Notes: generated from the letters alone by a model not told the origin. A stretch of 64,000 nt of DNA from Longimicrobiales bacterium (GCA_965226375.1 CBDDCX010000006.1:64001-128000), one strand, 5' to 3'; shown: positions 1-10,671, counted from the first letter of the stretch. Numbers and translations: made by a program.

Positions 1-84
1 AGGCGCCGAGGCGCCGGATCTCGCACCGTTCAGATAGGTCTAACTCTAAACCCAACCGTGATTTAGAACAACGACCGAGCGCGA

Positions 85-693
85 TCAGAAGGTGTAGAAC
101 ACACCCGCACTCAACTCGGTGCTGGACTGGGTGATCAGTTCGTGATTGTCCTCGCGGAAACGGTACTCCGCTCGGACCCCCAGGTGGTCGGAAACCCAAA
201 GGCGGAAGCCGGCCGGAAAATAGAACGTATTGCGCGAGAATCGCAGACCTTCGGAATCGTCGTCATACCTCGCGAACAACCCCGCGGACAGACCGGCGTA
301 CGGCTCGAAGGGCCCCATGGCGTGACGAAACTGAATGCCGACCGTGAGTGCGAAGAGATCCGCGGCCTTGGCCGGCAGTGAGGGGTCGTACTCGAAGTCC
401 GCGTCTTGCTGCACGTCCGGACGGCTGTACCACACCTCGACTTCTACCCGGGCGTAGTCGGCCATCCGGGTATCGGCCCTCAAAGAGAACGCGGGAAAGC
501 TCGCGTCGTTTGATGGCTCGTAGCTCAGTGCTCCCCCCATCAGAGCCACGGACCAGTTATCCCTGGCGGCGGCCTCTTCCGACGTCTGGGCCGAGAGTGG
601 TGATCCAAGAAGCAAGACAGCCAGGACCGATCCGACCAGGGGCACACGGGGGACCTGACACAGTGGTCTGAGGGAGGGGCTGGGAGCCTTCAC
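85..693 (-). CDS. Outer-membrane beta-barrel (OmpA/porin-like) protein
   Basis: C-terminal part of ORF 85..1485. GTG at 693 follows AGGAAG; signal peptide (LAVLLLGSPLSAQ), alternating beta strands, terminal GVFYTF. Confidence 0.7.
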   Translation of the reverse strand: MKAPSPSLRPLCQVPRVPLVGSVLAVLLLGSPLSAQTSEEAAARDNWSVALMGGALSYEPSNDASFPAFSLRADTRMADYARVEVEVWYSRPDVQQDADFEYDPSLPAKAADLFALTVGIQFRHAMGPFEPYAGLSAGLFARYDDDSEGLRFSRNTFYFPAGFRLWVSDHLGVRAEYRFREDNHELITQSSTELSAGVFYTF

Positions 694-897
694 TTTGTAC
701 TTCCTGCTGAGGGATCGTTTCGTTCGCGGGGCTAAGACTAGTCGTCGGGTTGGGCAGGGGCCAGCGGGAGCGAGCCCTGGCCTCATCACCGTCCGCCGTG
801 AATGTTTGGCCCTTCGCCACCGCGGCCCCAGGCGGCTCACCCGACGGCGCAGGCAGAACGCCAAGGGTAGCCACACGGGCAAGGAGAGTTCCAAGCA

Positions 898-2055
898 GTG
901 CAGCCGAGACCCTCTTACGACATCGAAGCCTGGAGGAGTCAGATCCCCATCCTCCAGACCACCATCCCCATGAACAATTGCGCGCAGGCGCCCCAGGCGA
1001 TCTCTGTTCGTGAGGCGGCCGAACGATACCTCGACTCCTGGCGCGACGACGTAATGGACTGGGAAACCTGGATCGAAGAGGTGGAGCTGGCACGAACAGA
1101 ATTCGCTCGACTGATCAACGCCGATCCGGGAGACATAGCGGTCTGTAGCTCGGTTTCCCAGGCCACGGCGGCGGTGGCCGGTGCCCTCGTGTACGACGGT
1201 CCACGCGACACGGTCGTAGTCTCCCAGGCGGAGTTCCCCACGGTAGGTCACGTCTGGCAGGCGCATGAACGTCTTGGCGCCAAGCTCCGCTGGGTTCCGG
1301 TGGAGAGGGGCGAGATCTCTGTGGACCGCTACTCGGAGACCCTCGACGACAGTGTCGCTCTGGTGTCGGCGTGCCACGGGTACTACCAGACGGGGTTCAA
1401 GCAGGATCTCGAGGCTCTGGTGGACCTCGCCCACGGGGCCGGCGCACTGCTGTATGTGGACGCGTACCAGACCCTTGGCACTCACCCGATCGACGTGCGG
1501 TCGCTAGACGTCGACTTTCTCGCCTCGGGCAACCTGAAGTACCTCATGGGTACGCCGGGCATCGCCTTCCTCTACGTGAAGCGAGAGATCGCAGACCGGC
1601 TTGAGCCGAACGTGACCGGTTGGTTCGGTCAGGCCGATCCGTACTCGTTCGAGGTGGACGTGCTGGACTTTGCCGCGGGCGCTCGCCGCTTCGACACGGG
1701 CACTCCCCCGATTCCCAATGCCTATGTCGCCCGCGCCGGAATGGAGATCATCAACAAGGTCGGTCCGGCGGCGATCCGGGACTGGACAGAAGAGCTGTCA
1801 CGGCAACTCATCGAGGGTGGTCGGGAGCGCGGACTACCCCGGATCGGTCCGGACGACCCCGCACGTAAGACGCCGAGCACGGCCTTCGTGTGCCCCGGAG
1901 ATTCCCACGTGGCCGAGGTGATGTTGCGCGAGCGAGGCGTGATCGGCTCCGCTCGGGGCCAGGTGGTGCGGATGGCACCGCACTTCTATTCCACATACGA
2001 CGATGTCGACCGCGCGCTCGACGCGTTGACCGAGGTCTTCGGCGGAATGGCTTAG
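898..2055 (+). CDS. Aminotransferase class V PLP enzyme (kynureninase/cysteine desulfurase-like)
   Basis: Motifs LYVDAYQTLG, SGNLKYLMG (PLP lysine), RRFDTGTP, RMAPHFY. Confidence 0.85.
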   Translation: MQPRPSYDIEAWRSQIPILQTTIPMNNCAQAPQAISVREAAERYLDSWRDDVMDWETWIEEVELARTEFARLINADPGDIAVCSSVSQATAAVAGALVYDGPRDTVVVSQAEFPTVGHVWQAHERLGAKLRWVPVERGEISVDRYSETLDDSVALVSACHGYYQTGFKQDLEALVDLAHGAGALLYVDAYQTLGTHPIDVRSLDVDFLASGNLKYLMGTPGIAFLYVKREIADRLEPNVTGWFGQADPYSFEVDVLDFAAGARRFDTGTPPIPNAYVARAGMEIINKVGPAAIRDWTEELSRQLIEGGRERGLPRIGPDDPARKTPSTAFVCPGDSHVAEVMLRERGVIGSARGQVVRMAPHFYSTYDDVDRALDALTEVFGGMA

Positions 2056-2056
2056 G

Positions 2057-3391
2057 GTGGCCCGCGAGACGTTCACGTCCAGGCTGGGTCTCGTGGCCAC
2101 GATGATCGGTGTGGCCGTGGGCCTCGGGAACGTGTGGCGCTTCCCTTACATGGTGGGACGCTTCGGTGGAGCGGCGTTCGTCTTGGTCTACTTGCTCCTG
2201 GCACTCTTCATCGGCATCCCGGCCCTCATGGCCGAGTGGTCCCTGGGGCGTCACACCCGACGCGGAAGCGTCGGTGCGTTCGACCAGGCGGGCCTGCCGG
2301 CCGGCAGAGCCCTGGGCTGGATCTTCTTTTTCGCGGTTACGGCCGCGAACGGCTACTACAGCACGGCCATCGGTTGGGTCTTGTACCACGGCGTGGCAGA
2401 AGCTGCGGCACTTCTTGGTATGCCCTTCGACCCGTCGGGGGTGCTTCCTCCGGAAGAAGGCTTCAGTCCCACTTCGTTGGGCCTTCAGTTGCTCTGCACG
2501 TCGACGGTGGTCCTGGCCTGCGTTGTCGTCCTTGTCAGGGGCCTCCGATCGGGAATCGAGCGAGCCAGCTCGGTGATCACCCCCCTGCTCTTCGTGATCC
2601 TCATCATCCTGGTGGTGCGCGGCCTGACGCTGCCCGGCGCCGATGAAGGGGTCCGCTGGTTCCTTCTGAAGTTCGAGCTCAGCGACCTGAATTCCGCCGT
2701 GGTTCTGGCAGCACTGGGTCAGGTGGTCTTCTCGTTGGCGCTGGGCGGCACCTTTATGGTGGTGTACGGATCATACCTGAATGACAGTGACGCCCTGGGG
2801 TCGAACGCGATTCTCACGGTCCTGGGCGATACGGGAGCCGGGATCCTTGCCGGGTTGGCGATCTTCCCGGCGGTCTTCGCCCTGGGGCTCGAGCCGGGGA
2901 GCGGCCCGGGCCTCATCTTCGCAACGCTACCGCGCGTCTTCGAGGGTATGCCCGCCGGGCACTTCTTCGGCTTGCTCTTCTTTGTCGCGCTCGGGAGTGC
3001 CGCCTACCTCAGCGCGGTAGCCGCGTTCGAGGTGTTGGTGGCCGGCCTGACGGACAACACTGATATGGGCCGAGGCCGGGCCGTCTGGATCGTTGCCGGC
3101 AGTGTGGTGCTGCTGGCGATTCCACCGATGATCAACCTCAAAATCTTCATCCCCTGGGATCTGACGTTCGGGACCGGGTTCCAGACGGTCGGAGCACTCG
3201 CAGCAGCCGTCACCGTCGGATGGGCCTTGAGCCGCGGTGCAGCGCTCAAGCAGTTGACCGTGGACTCTACGGACTCGAAGTCGTTCCAGCTGCTCTACTT
3301 CTGGATCCGATTCGTCATCCCGGGCGCCATCCTGGCCGTGGGTATCTGGTGGTTGCTCACAGAGGTGTTGGGGGTCGTAGGCGGCGTCTAA
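2057..3391 (+). CDS. Sodium-dependent transporter, NSS/SNF family
   Basis: GVAVGLGNVWRFPY, ALGQVVFSLALG, GPGLIFATLP; starts 1 bp after the aminotransferase. Confidence 0.92.
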   Translation: MARETFTSRLGLVATMIGVAVGLGNVWRFPYMVGRFGGAAFVLVYLLLALFIGIPALMAEWSLGRHTRRGSVGAFDQAGLPAGRALGWIFFFAVTAANGYYSTAIGWVLYHGVAEAAALLGMPFDPSGVLPPEEGFSPTSLGLQLLCTSTVVLACVVVLVRGLRSGIERASSVITPLLFVILIILVVRGLTLPGADEGVRWFLLKFELSDLNSAVVLAALGQVVFSLALGGTFMVVYGSYLNDSDALGSNAILTVLGDTGAGILAGLAIFPAVFALGLEPGSGPGLIFATLPRVFEGMPAGHFFGLLFFVALGSAAYLSAVAAFEVLVAGLTDNTDMGRGRAVWIVAGSVVLLAIPPMINLKIFIPWDLTFGTGFQTVGALAAAVTVGWALSRGAALKQLTVDSTDSKSFQLLYFWIRFVIPGAILAVGIWWLLTEVLGVVGGV

Positions 3392-3394
3392 AGC

Positions 3395-4291
3395 TCAGCG
3401 CCCGGCCATCCAGCGGTAGATCGCCCGGACATTCAACGGGAACCATGCGTCGTACTGGGTCCACTCGCTGTATTCAGGCAGACGAATCTCCTCCGCGGCC
3501 CGGTCTTCCGACCACCCTGCGGCGAGAGCCTTCCGGACCTCGGATCGGATCTGATCGTAGTAGAGGATCTGCCGGTGGATGGACCCTCGGTCGCCCGCCG
3601 GCCCGTGCCCGAACACTATGGTCTCGAAGCTGATATCGAGTAGGCTGTTCATGGACTCGAAGAAGTCGGGAAAGATCCAGCCGGGCATCTGTTGATACCC
3701 GACACGGTCGTGGCTCACGAAGTCCACCGCAAACGCGACGTGTGCGTCGGGTACGTACACGACCGTGGAGTTGTCGGTGTGGTTCGCGCCTACGTAGTGG
3801 AGCTCGACGCGACGGCCACCGAGGTCCAGGGACAGATACTCCTGGTAGGTGACGGTCGGCACGGGGAGATCCACGCTGGTGGCCACCGTGAGAGCCCCCA
3901 CGGAGTTGCGATGCGCAATGATGGGCACCGTCTGGCCCATCTCGCTCATGAGCGTGGGCGCCCCCGTGGCATGGTCGGCATCCTGGTGACTGTAGATGAT
4001 CGCCACGAGAGGGGCATCCGGCGCCACCTTCTTGATCTCCCTGGCATACTGCGTGGCCGCCGCCGGAGAAATCGGATCTGCGGCCACAACACCGGCAGGC
4101 GTAACCACAAAGAACCCGTTGTGCTGCTGCCAGCGATACTGATAAACCCCGTCGGCAATACGGGTCGTCTCGTAGTCCGGGGCTTGCGCCTCGGCCACAG
4201 GGGGGGACAGCACAATGCACGGGCCTACCGCCAACGCAGCCAAGAAGATCATTCGTATCGGCGGAAACGAAGCGTAGTTGACTCGTATCAT
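3395..4291 (-). CDS. Secreted MBL-fold metallo-hydrolase
   Basis: Signal peptide; YSHQDADH (variant of HxHxDH), NHTDN, FGHG. Confidence 0.8.
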   Translation of the reverse strand: MIRVNYASFPPIRMIFLAALAVGPCIVLSPPVAEAQAPDYETTRIADGVYQYRWQQHNGFFVVTPAGVVAADPISPAAATQYAREIKKVAPDAPLVAIIYSHQDADHATGAPTLMSEMGQTVPIIAHRNSVGALTVATSVDLPVPTVTYQEYLSLDLGGRRVELHYVGANHTDNSTVVYVPDAHVAFAVDFVSHDRVGYQQMPGWIFPDFFESMNSLLDISFETIVFGHGPAGDRGSIHRQILYYDQIRSEVRKALAAGWSEDRAAEEIRLPEYSEWTQYDAWFPLNVRAIYRWMAGR

Positions 4292-4345
4292 GGAAAACTC
4301 CTGGCCAGCGCTCTTCAGCGGCCCGGCGCGGGCTGAGAGTGTGAC

Positions 4346-5164
4346 CTAGGGAATCGTGGGCAACCGGGCATCGTCGAGCAGGCCGTCTGCCAGGGTCACG
4401 TCCAGGGAAAACACGAGCACGAACCCTCCGACGCCCAAGATGAGGGCGATCATGAACACGGTATAGGAAATCCTGAGAAGGTGGAATTTCTTCTTGAGCA
4501 CCTGACCGAGCCCATACAGATCCCTGACCATGTTGATGTAGAGATGGTCCGGCGTCAGCATCAGATCCCGCATGCCCTCCACGAAGTCGGCCTCGGACAG
4601 GTTCACGAAGTTTCCGAAGAACAGGATGTTGGCGTCGTTGCGATTGATGTCTTCCAGCGTGAGCGCCCGACTGCTGACCCTGGGGCGCGCAGCGAGGACC
4701 GCATAGACGAGGGCGATCAGGCACCCAAGGAGAAGAACGCTCGTGGGCAGGACCAGCAGGGGCAGCCCCGCTATGCGGGGCGCCAGCGCGGCCAAGGTGA
4801 TGGAGATGATCAAGCCGTTCACACTGATCATGATGTTGGCCTTAGCGTCGGCCAGGCCGACCAGGTCCTGATGGACGCGATAGCTGGTCCGGAACATCGT
4901 CTCAACGCCCCGCGACGAACCCAGGGTCACCGGCTTGTCCTTCTTTTTCTTCTTGCCCTTCTTGGCGCCGTCGGCCTCACCGGCGTCCGCACCGCCCTCC
5001 GCGACCGCGGCTACGGTTTCCTGAGCTGCGGCCATCGCCGAGGCCTCGCCGGGGCCCGAGGGCCGAGGCTCATCGCCCTCGCTCGACCCCACGGCGGCGT
5101 CCTCTTCGACGACCTCACCCGCGGCTTCCACAGCGTCTCTCGGTTCGTTCGGATCTACGTCCAT
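4346..5164 (-). CDS. Pycsar effector-like membrane protein (DUF5706/PycTM family) with acidic, poly-Lys N-terminal tail
   Basis: RGVETMFRTSYRVH..LADAKANIMISVN, two TM helices, NILFFGNF, LGQVLKKKFHLLRISY, third TM helix. Confidence 0.8.
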   Translation of the reverse strand: MDVDPNEPRDAVEAAGEVVEEDAAVGSSEGDEPRPSGPGEASAMAAAQETVAAVAEGGADAGEADGAKKGKKKKKDKPVTLGSSRGVETMFRTSYRVHQDLVGLADAKANIMISVNGLIISITLAALAPRIAGLPLLVLPTSVLLLGCLIALVYAVLAARPRVSSRALTLEDINRNDANILFFGNFVNLSEADFVEGMRDLMLTPDHLYINMVRDLYGLGQVLKKKFHLLRISYTVFMIALILGVGGFVLVFSLDVTLADGLLDDARLPTIP

Positions 5165-5180
5165 GCGCTCTCACCTTGGA

Positions 5181-7325
5181 TCAACGGGCCGGAACCTCCC
5201 CCAACAGTTCTTCCAAGTACCGGTACGTGTCAATCTGGCTCCGAACAGAAGGAGCTCCGTCGGCGGTCACGGATCGGTTGCTCTGTTCGGTGTCGATGAT
5301 GCGGGCCTTGGTGTTGTCGGCGAGTTGAAGGCTCAGAACATGTCTCAGCTGGGCCCTAACATCGGGGTCGTAGATCGGAAACGCGACTTCCACGCGCCGG
5401 TTCAGATTTCGGGTCATCCAATCGGCCGAGGCCAGGTACAACACTTCGGCACCGCCGGCGTGGAACAGGTAGATGCGCGAGTGCTCCAGGAATCGGTCGA
5501 CGATGCTGCGGCCCCGGATGTTCGCGCTCAGCTCGTCCACACCCGGCCGGACACAACAAACGCCTCGTATCACCAGTTGGATCGGGACCCCCGCCGCGCT
5601 GGCCTCGTAGAGCCGGTCGATCATGCCGCGATCCTGTAGGCTGTTCATCTTGACGGTCATGCCAGACGGGCGCCCGGCTCGAGCGGCCTCGATCTCGTGG
5701 TCGATGAGCGCGTTGAATCGGTCCCTGAGGTGGAAGGGGGCGACGAGCAGGTGCTCGAAATCGGGTTCTACGTCCTCTCCACCCAGAATCTGGAATACGC
5801 GGTGCACCTCCGTCGTAAGCCCCTCGTCGGCGGTCATCAGGCCGTGATCGGAGTAGACCCGAGCCGTCTTCTCATTGAAGTTGCCCGTGGCTAGAAGCGC
5901 GTAGAGCCGGCTGACGTCACCTTCATTGCGCCGGATGAGCGCCAGTTTGGCGTGCACCTTGATTCCCTGCCGGCCGTATAGGGTGCGCACGCCGGCCCGC
6001 TCCATCCGTTCGGCCCACTCCAGGTTGAGCTCCTCGTCGAAGCGGGCTTGAACCTCGACAAAGGCCGACACGTCCTTGCCGTTCCTGGCTGCCTCGATGA
6101 GGGCCTCGACCACGGCTGAGTCGCGGGCGACCCGATACAGTGAGATCCAGATGGCATCCACCTCGGGATCGGCGGCCGCCTCCTCGAGAAAACGCACGGC
6201 GTAGTCGTACGACTGGTACGGAAAGTGAAGGAGCCGGTCCTTCTCCGAGATGACGTCGAACAGGGTCGGGGCCTGATCCAGCACCGGATGTGCCAGGGGG
6301 TGGAGTGGCGGGTCTTGGTGTTCGGGGACCTCACCCACGGGGAACCCGAATAAGTCGTGCAAGTTGTGGTAACGCCCGCCCAGGATCAGGTCTTCGTCCT
6401 GGAGGCCGAGGGAAGCCTTCAGGCGAGTCACGATGACGTGGGGAGATCGCATGTCGTACAAGAAGCGGATCGGGATGCCGGTATCACGCTTCTTGAGACT
6501 CTTTCTGATGGCCTGTTTGAGTTCCTGGTCGAACTCGTCGTCCAGATAGAGGTCGGCATCCCTGGAAACCTTTACTGCGTAGGCCCCCGCCACCACCTGG
6601 TCGGGAAAGACGCGGGAGAGGTTATGTCGGATGACGTCATCGAGAAACACGACGTACCGCCGCCCGTCCGAAGTCGGGATCGAGATGAATCTCGGGAGGG
6701 GCGGGCTTGGCACCTGCACCAGCCCCAGCTTCGGGCCCGAGGACCCTACGGCGATATTCTGTACCGGCTGCAATTCCACCACCAGATAAACCGTGTGGTC
6801 CTTCAGGAAGGTCGGCTCCCCGTCGTCCTCCAGGTAGGTCGGCTCCAGGAGAGGCTCGACGTGTTCGATGAAGTAGTCCTCGAGCGTCGAGTGATACTCG
6901 TCCGGCACTCCGAGTTCATCGACGAGATCGATTCCCGCATCGACCAGCCCAGGGAGGATATCGTCGCGGAAGGCGCTTCCGAAGCGCTCCTGCTGCGCAA
7001 GCGCAATGTCGTGGATCTCACGCAGCAGCTTCGAGGGATTCAGGCGACGCTTCTTACGCTTTTTCTTGAGCGAGAGAAGGGCCCGGAGCGATGCCACACG
7101 CACACGGAAGAACTCGTCAAGGTTCGACGAGAAGATCGCGAGAAACTTGAGCCGCTCGAAGAGCGGCACCGTGGGGCTCTCGGCCTCCTGAAGCACCCGC
7201 TCGTTGAACGACAACCAGTTCAGTTCCCGGTTTACGTAACGCTCCTCGGTCGAGGAAACGCCCAGCACAGGCTCGCCCTCGCCCTCCTCTTCTGCATAGA
7301 CGTCGGGAATCGAATAAGCTGGCAT
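5181..7325 (-). CDS. ppk1: Polyphosphate kinase 1
   Basis: NRELNWLSFNERVL, SSNLDEFFRVRVA, QARFDEE, KVHAKL, TGNFN, DRFLEHSR, SADWMTRNL. Confidence 0.97.
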   Translation of the reverse strand: MPAYSIPDVYAEEEGEGEPVLGVSSTEERYVNRELNWLSFNERVLQEAESPTVPLFERLKFLAIFSSNLDEFFRVRVASLRALLSLKKKRKKRRLNPSKLLREIHDIALAQQERFGSAFRDDILPGLVDAGIDLVDELGVPDEYHSTLEDYFIEHVEPLLEPTYLEDDGEPTFLKDHTVYLVVELQPVQNIAVGSSGPKLGLVQVPSPPLPRFISIPTSDGRRYVVFLDDVIRHNLSRVFPDQVVAGAYAVKVSRDADLYLDDEFDQELKQAIRKSLKKRDTGIPIRFLYDMRSPHVIVTRLKASLGLQDEDLILGGRYHNLHDLFGFPVGEVPEHQDPPLHPLAHPVLDQAPTLFDVISEKDRLLHFPYQSYDYAVRFLEEAAADPEVDAIWISLYRVARDSAVVEALIEAARNGKDVSAFVEVQARFDEELNLEWAERMERAGVRTLYGRQGIKVHAKLALIRRNEGDVSRLYALLATGNFNEKTARVYSDHGLMTADEGLTTEVHRVFQILGGEDVEPDFEHLLVAPFHLRDRFNALIDHEIEAARAGRPSGMTVKMNSLQDRGMIDRLYEASAAGVPIQLVIRGVCCVRPGVDELSANIRGRSIVDRFLEHSRIYLFHAGGAEVLYLASADWMTRNLNRRVEVAFPIYDPDVRAQLRHVLSLQLADNTKARIIDTEQSNRSVTADGAPSVRSQIDTYRYLEELLGEVPAR

Positions 7326-7329
7326 GGGT

Positions 7330-9902
7330 TCAGAACGAAAATCCGAAGCCCAGGAACAGCCTGGTCGATTCGTCGGACGTCGCCAGGGTCACCGAGATCA
7401 ACGGGGTGTGCTGCCTCAGGAACGAAAACCAGATGCCGCCGCCGTAGGCCCAGTGCCAGAGGTCCGAGTCCTCGCCCTCCAGGTAGACCCGTCCCACGTC
7501 GGTCATGCCGTGCACTCCGAACTGCCCCGGAAGTGCGCGGCTCAGGGCACCCAGCCGTAGTCTCAGCTCGCTCTTCGCGAATACCATGGCATCCCCGGCA
7601 TAACGGTCGTCCGGCGCACCACGAAAATTCTCGACCCCGCCCAGGTACGCAGCGCCCAGATAGGGATACCTCCCCCACACCTTCTTGCCCCCGACCTCGA
7701 TGGCAAGGACCGGTGACATCGGCATGGGCGCCTGCAAGAAGACCTCAGCCGAGCCGGCCAGACTTCCATAGTCCGACGTAAGCTCGGAGAACTCGGGAAA
7801 GTAGGTCGCCTCTACCTGGATCCGGGTGCCTCTCGTCGGGAACCAGCCGTGGTCACGACCATCCCAATCGAGCGCGGTCGTGATACCGAACTGGAAGAGG
7901 TCGGTGAAGCCGTAGGGGTTCTCCTGCGCGATGAGTCTCCCCGTGTTTTTCGACTGCGAGTGTAGGTCCCACTCGAACAGCACCCCCCCGGTCACGGTCA
8001 GGTCGTCGCTGTACAGCCAGCGGAGCTCCGACTCGAAGGTCAGGACCTGGCGATCTACCTCGAAGAAGTCGAGATCGTCGGCGTCGGAGCTGCTGACCGT
8101 CTCGTTTCCAAATCCGAAGAAGCGGTAGCGATCGGCCCCTTGGTACCGCACCCGCGCGCCAGCCTTGAGTCGGCCCACGGGGAACGTCGTGTTGAGATCG
8201 AGGAGTGGGAGGCCCGTCGCCGTCCCGATCCCGGCGGTATAACCGAAGGAACTTCGATATGGATAGTAGCGGAAGCCGAAAGTCTGCCGGCTGGCTCCCA
8301 TTTGGACGTAGGTCCCCTTTCTCCCGCCGACCTCGAAGAGGGGAAAATACGACCAGGCATGACCCCAATCCTGAGGAGGGGCACCATAGCTCTCGACCAC
8401 ATCCGGAGCCTCGTAGTCGGACTCGTAGACCTTGGTGTTCCGGCCCCGAGTAATCTCGTTGTTACCGCGGTCATCGTGGAATCGCACCTGGCCCGAGCCT
8501 GTGGTTTCGTCGATGAGCACGTCCGCGCGGCCGCCCCCGACGATGCGGATGGTCACTCGGCCCGACGCGTCTCCCCGCACGACGGCTCGATCCTGCTCGC
8601 CCAACAGGTAGAGTCGAACATCCTCGGTCTCGGAGCCGAGGAAGGTCCGGTCGTAGAACGCATCTCCCCGAGGCTGCTCGGCGCTGTTCTTCTCCCAAAG
8701 CCGCAGCCTCACCCGGCCTTCCTCCAGCCACTCGACCAGGGCGTACTCCTCTTCGTCGGTCCCGAACACGTCTACGTTGACGACCAGGAGGTCGTAGAAT
8801 TCGCGAGCCTGAACCACCAAGTCATCACGCCTCTGCGTGAGGGCACCCAACAAGTAGTCTCCGGCCACCTCGTAGTACGGCTCGGGGAGGCGGCCTACCG
8901 CATCGGTCAGAACTTCGTCGCTCAACCGACTCTGAAGATCCACGGCAATGGCTTCCCAGGTGCTCCACTCGAGACCGTTGAGGAACCTCCTGTCCAGGGC
9001 CCGGCCCGACCAGGTGATCGCACGAGCCGACGGGTATTCTGCCTCGAAACTCACCAGATGCGGGGCAAGGCGCGGCGCAACTCGGCGGAACCAGCGCAAG
9101 ATGAAACCGTCCAGCTTGGTCAGGGCCCAGTCGCGGTCGCGTGGGACCGGCCTGAAAATGAGGAGTCCTCCCTCCTCGAATCCGGCCCACCGCCACTGAT
9201 CGGGATGCCGGTCCCAATCTCCAACGAACATGTCCATCAGCCGAGCGCGTAAGAAATCCTCGTCGTCTAGGCGGTTGTCCGGATCCTCTTCGAGCCGCTC
9301 GAAGAGGCGGTCGGAGCTGACAACCCTGGTGGAGCCGGCAAAACCCGGCTCCCCGTCCGGTCCCTCGTCAGGACGTTCTTCGATGAATCCAAGGAGTCCC
9401 GCAAATTCCTCCTGGAACTCGCCGAGGCGAGGATCGTCGGGCATGACCACGAGAGTGGGGCCACCACGATCGCGGCCATAGGAAAGAGGGCGGAGATCTG
9501 GTCCTGCTGAGCCCATGCCACGAAGGTCTCCTGGAGCAGCGGGTCCAACCCCCGGGCGGCGTCTTTGTCGATGGAGCGGAAGTTGTAAAGGACGCCGTCC
9601 GCCCCACGCATCCTCAAGGACGATGTCTGTTTTCCTCCGCCACGCCGCACGACGACGAGGCCCCCTGCGTACTCGTCGAGGTCCAGCAACTGAGTCTTTA
9701 CCGGAATCCGCCAGAGCTCCCGCCAGCCGTGACCCATCATCGCGGCGCGCCACGGGTGGGCGTCGTAGCTCATCCGAGGTGTCGCGAAGACCGAGTCGCC
9801 GCCCTGAGGGGTCTGCGCCGCCCCGGGGACAGGCGTCATCAGCACGGCCAGGCCCAGAAATCCGAGCGCTATCCGAGTCCGTGCCGATCGCGGATGGATC
9901 AT
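7330..9902 (-). pseudogene. Omp85/BamA-family barrel with N-terminal lipid/PI-kinase-like domain, frameshifted near 9455
   Basis: N-terminus in ORF 9267..9902 (signal peptide, GGGKQTSSLR, FRSIDK). Remainder in ORF 7330..10071 (DWDRHPDQWRW, PRDRD, barrel with LGG..FRG..RYAG, DVGRV, terminal FGFSF). Confidence 0.75.
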
Positions 9903-10088
9903 CCATGCCTCCGTTGAGATACCGAGGGTTAAGGGGCGGGCCTCCCTGAAACGTGGCGCCGATCGCGTGAGACCGCGTCGATGTAGTAATGACGTCCGAT
10001 GCTACACCCGGCAAGGCGTTCTTGATGCATGCCCCTTCACGGCCGATCTTCCTTCGCTTCGACGACGACAACTCAGAAAGAATACACC

Positions 10089-10649
10089 ATGTTCATCGTT
10101 GCTAACACACGGCTCTGGGCACTCCTCCTCGCACTCCTATGCCTGGCCGTGCCCTATCAGGCGCAATCACAGAGTGACGCCACGGTGGTGTACCTGGTGC
10201 GGCATGCGGAGAAGGTGGACGAATCAAGGGATCCACCCCTCTCGGCCGCGGGTCTGGAACGTGCTGCGCTGTTGGCGGAAATGCTGCGGGATGCCGGAAT
10301 CACACATTTGCACAGCACCGACCTGGAGCGCACCCGAGACACGGCGGCACCCCTTGCGAGACGGTTGAGCCTGGAGGTCCAGTTCTACGATGGGCAGGAT
10401 CTGGCGGGTTTCGCGGAGAGGCTCCGCGTCACGCCCGGACGGCATCTGGTGAGCGGGCACTCGGACACAACGGCGATACTCGTACGACTTCTCGGGGGCG
10501 AGAGCTCGGACATCGCGAGCCCTGAGTACGACCGGCTCTACGTGCTTACGCTCGCGCCCGACGGTGGGGTGAACACAGTCCTGATCCGATTCGGTGCGTC
10601 GGCGGGAGGCGGACACCCGAGAGGCAGGAACCACCCCGCTCCCCCGTAG
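10089..10649 (+). CDS. Secreted histidine phosphatase family (SixA-like) protein
   Basis: Signal peptide; VYLVRHAEK, STDLERTRDTA, VSGHSDT. Confidence 0.85.
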   Translation: MFIVANTRLWALLLALLCLAVPYQAQSQSDATVVYLVRHAEKVDESRDPPLSAAGLERAALLAEMLRDAGITHLHSTDLERTRDTAAPLARRLSLEVQFYDGQDLAGFAERLRVTPGRHLVSGHSDTTAILVRLLGGESSDIASPEYDRLYVLTLAPDGGVNTVLIRFGASAGGGHPRGRNHPAPP

Positions 10650-10671
10650 TGTAGGTTAGTGGGGTGTTGCA

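Noticed and set aside
694..1485. N-terminal extension of the 466-aa minus-strand ORF
   Set aside because: Mostly antisense shadow of the aminotransferase; only 85..693 looks like a real protein.
4346..5164. Complete Pycsar defence system
   Set aside because: No PycC cyclase in the window; the context is ppk1.
9903..10071. N-terminus of the 913-aa ORF as the true Omp85 start
   Set aside because: Off-frame sequence; the real signal peptide starts at 9902 in another frame.
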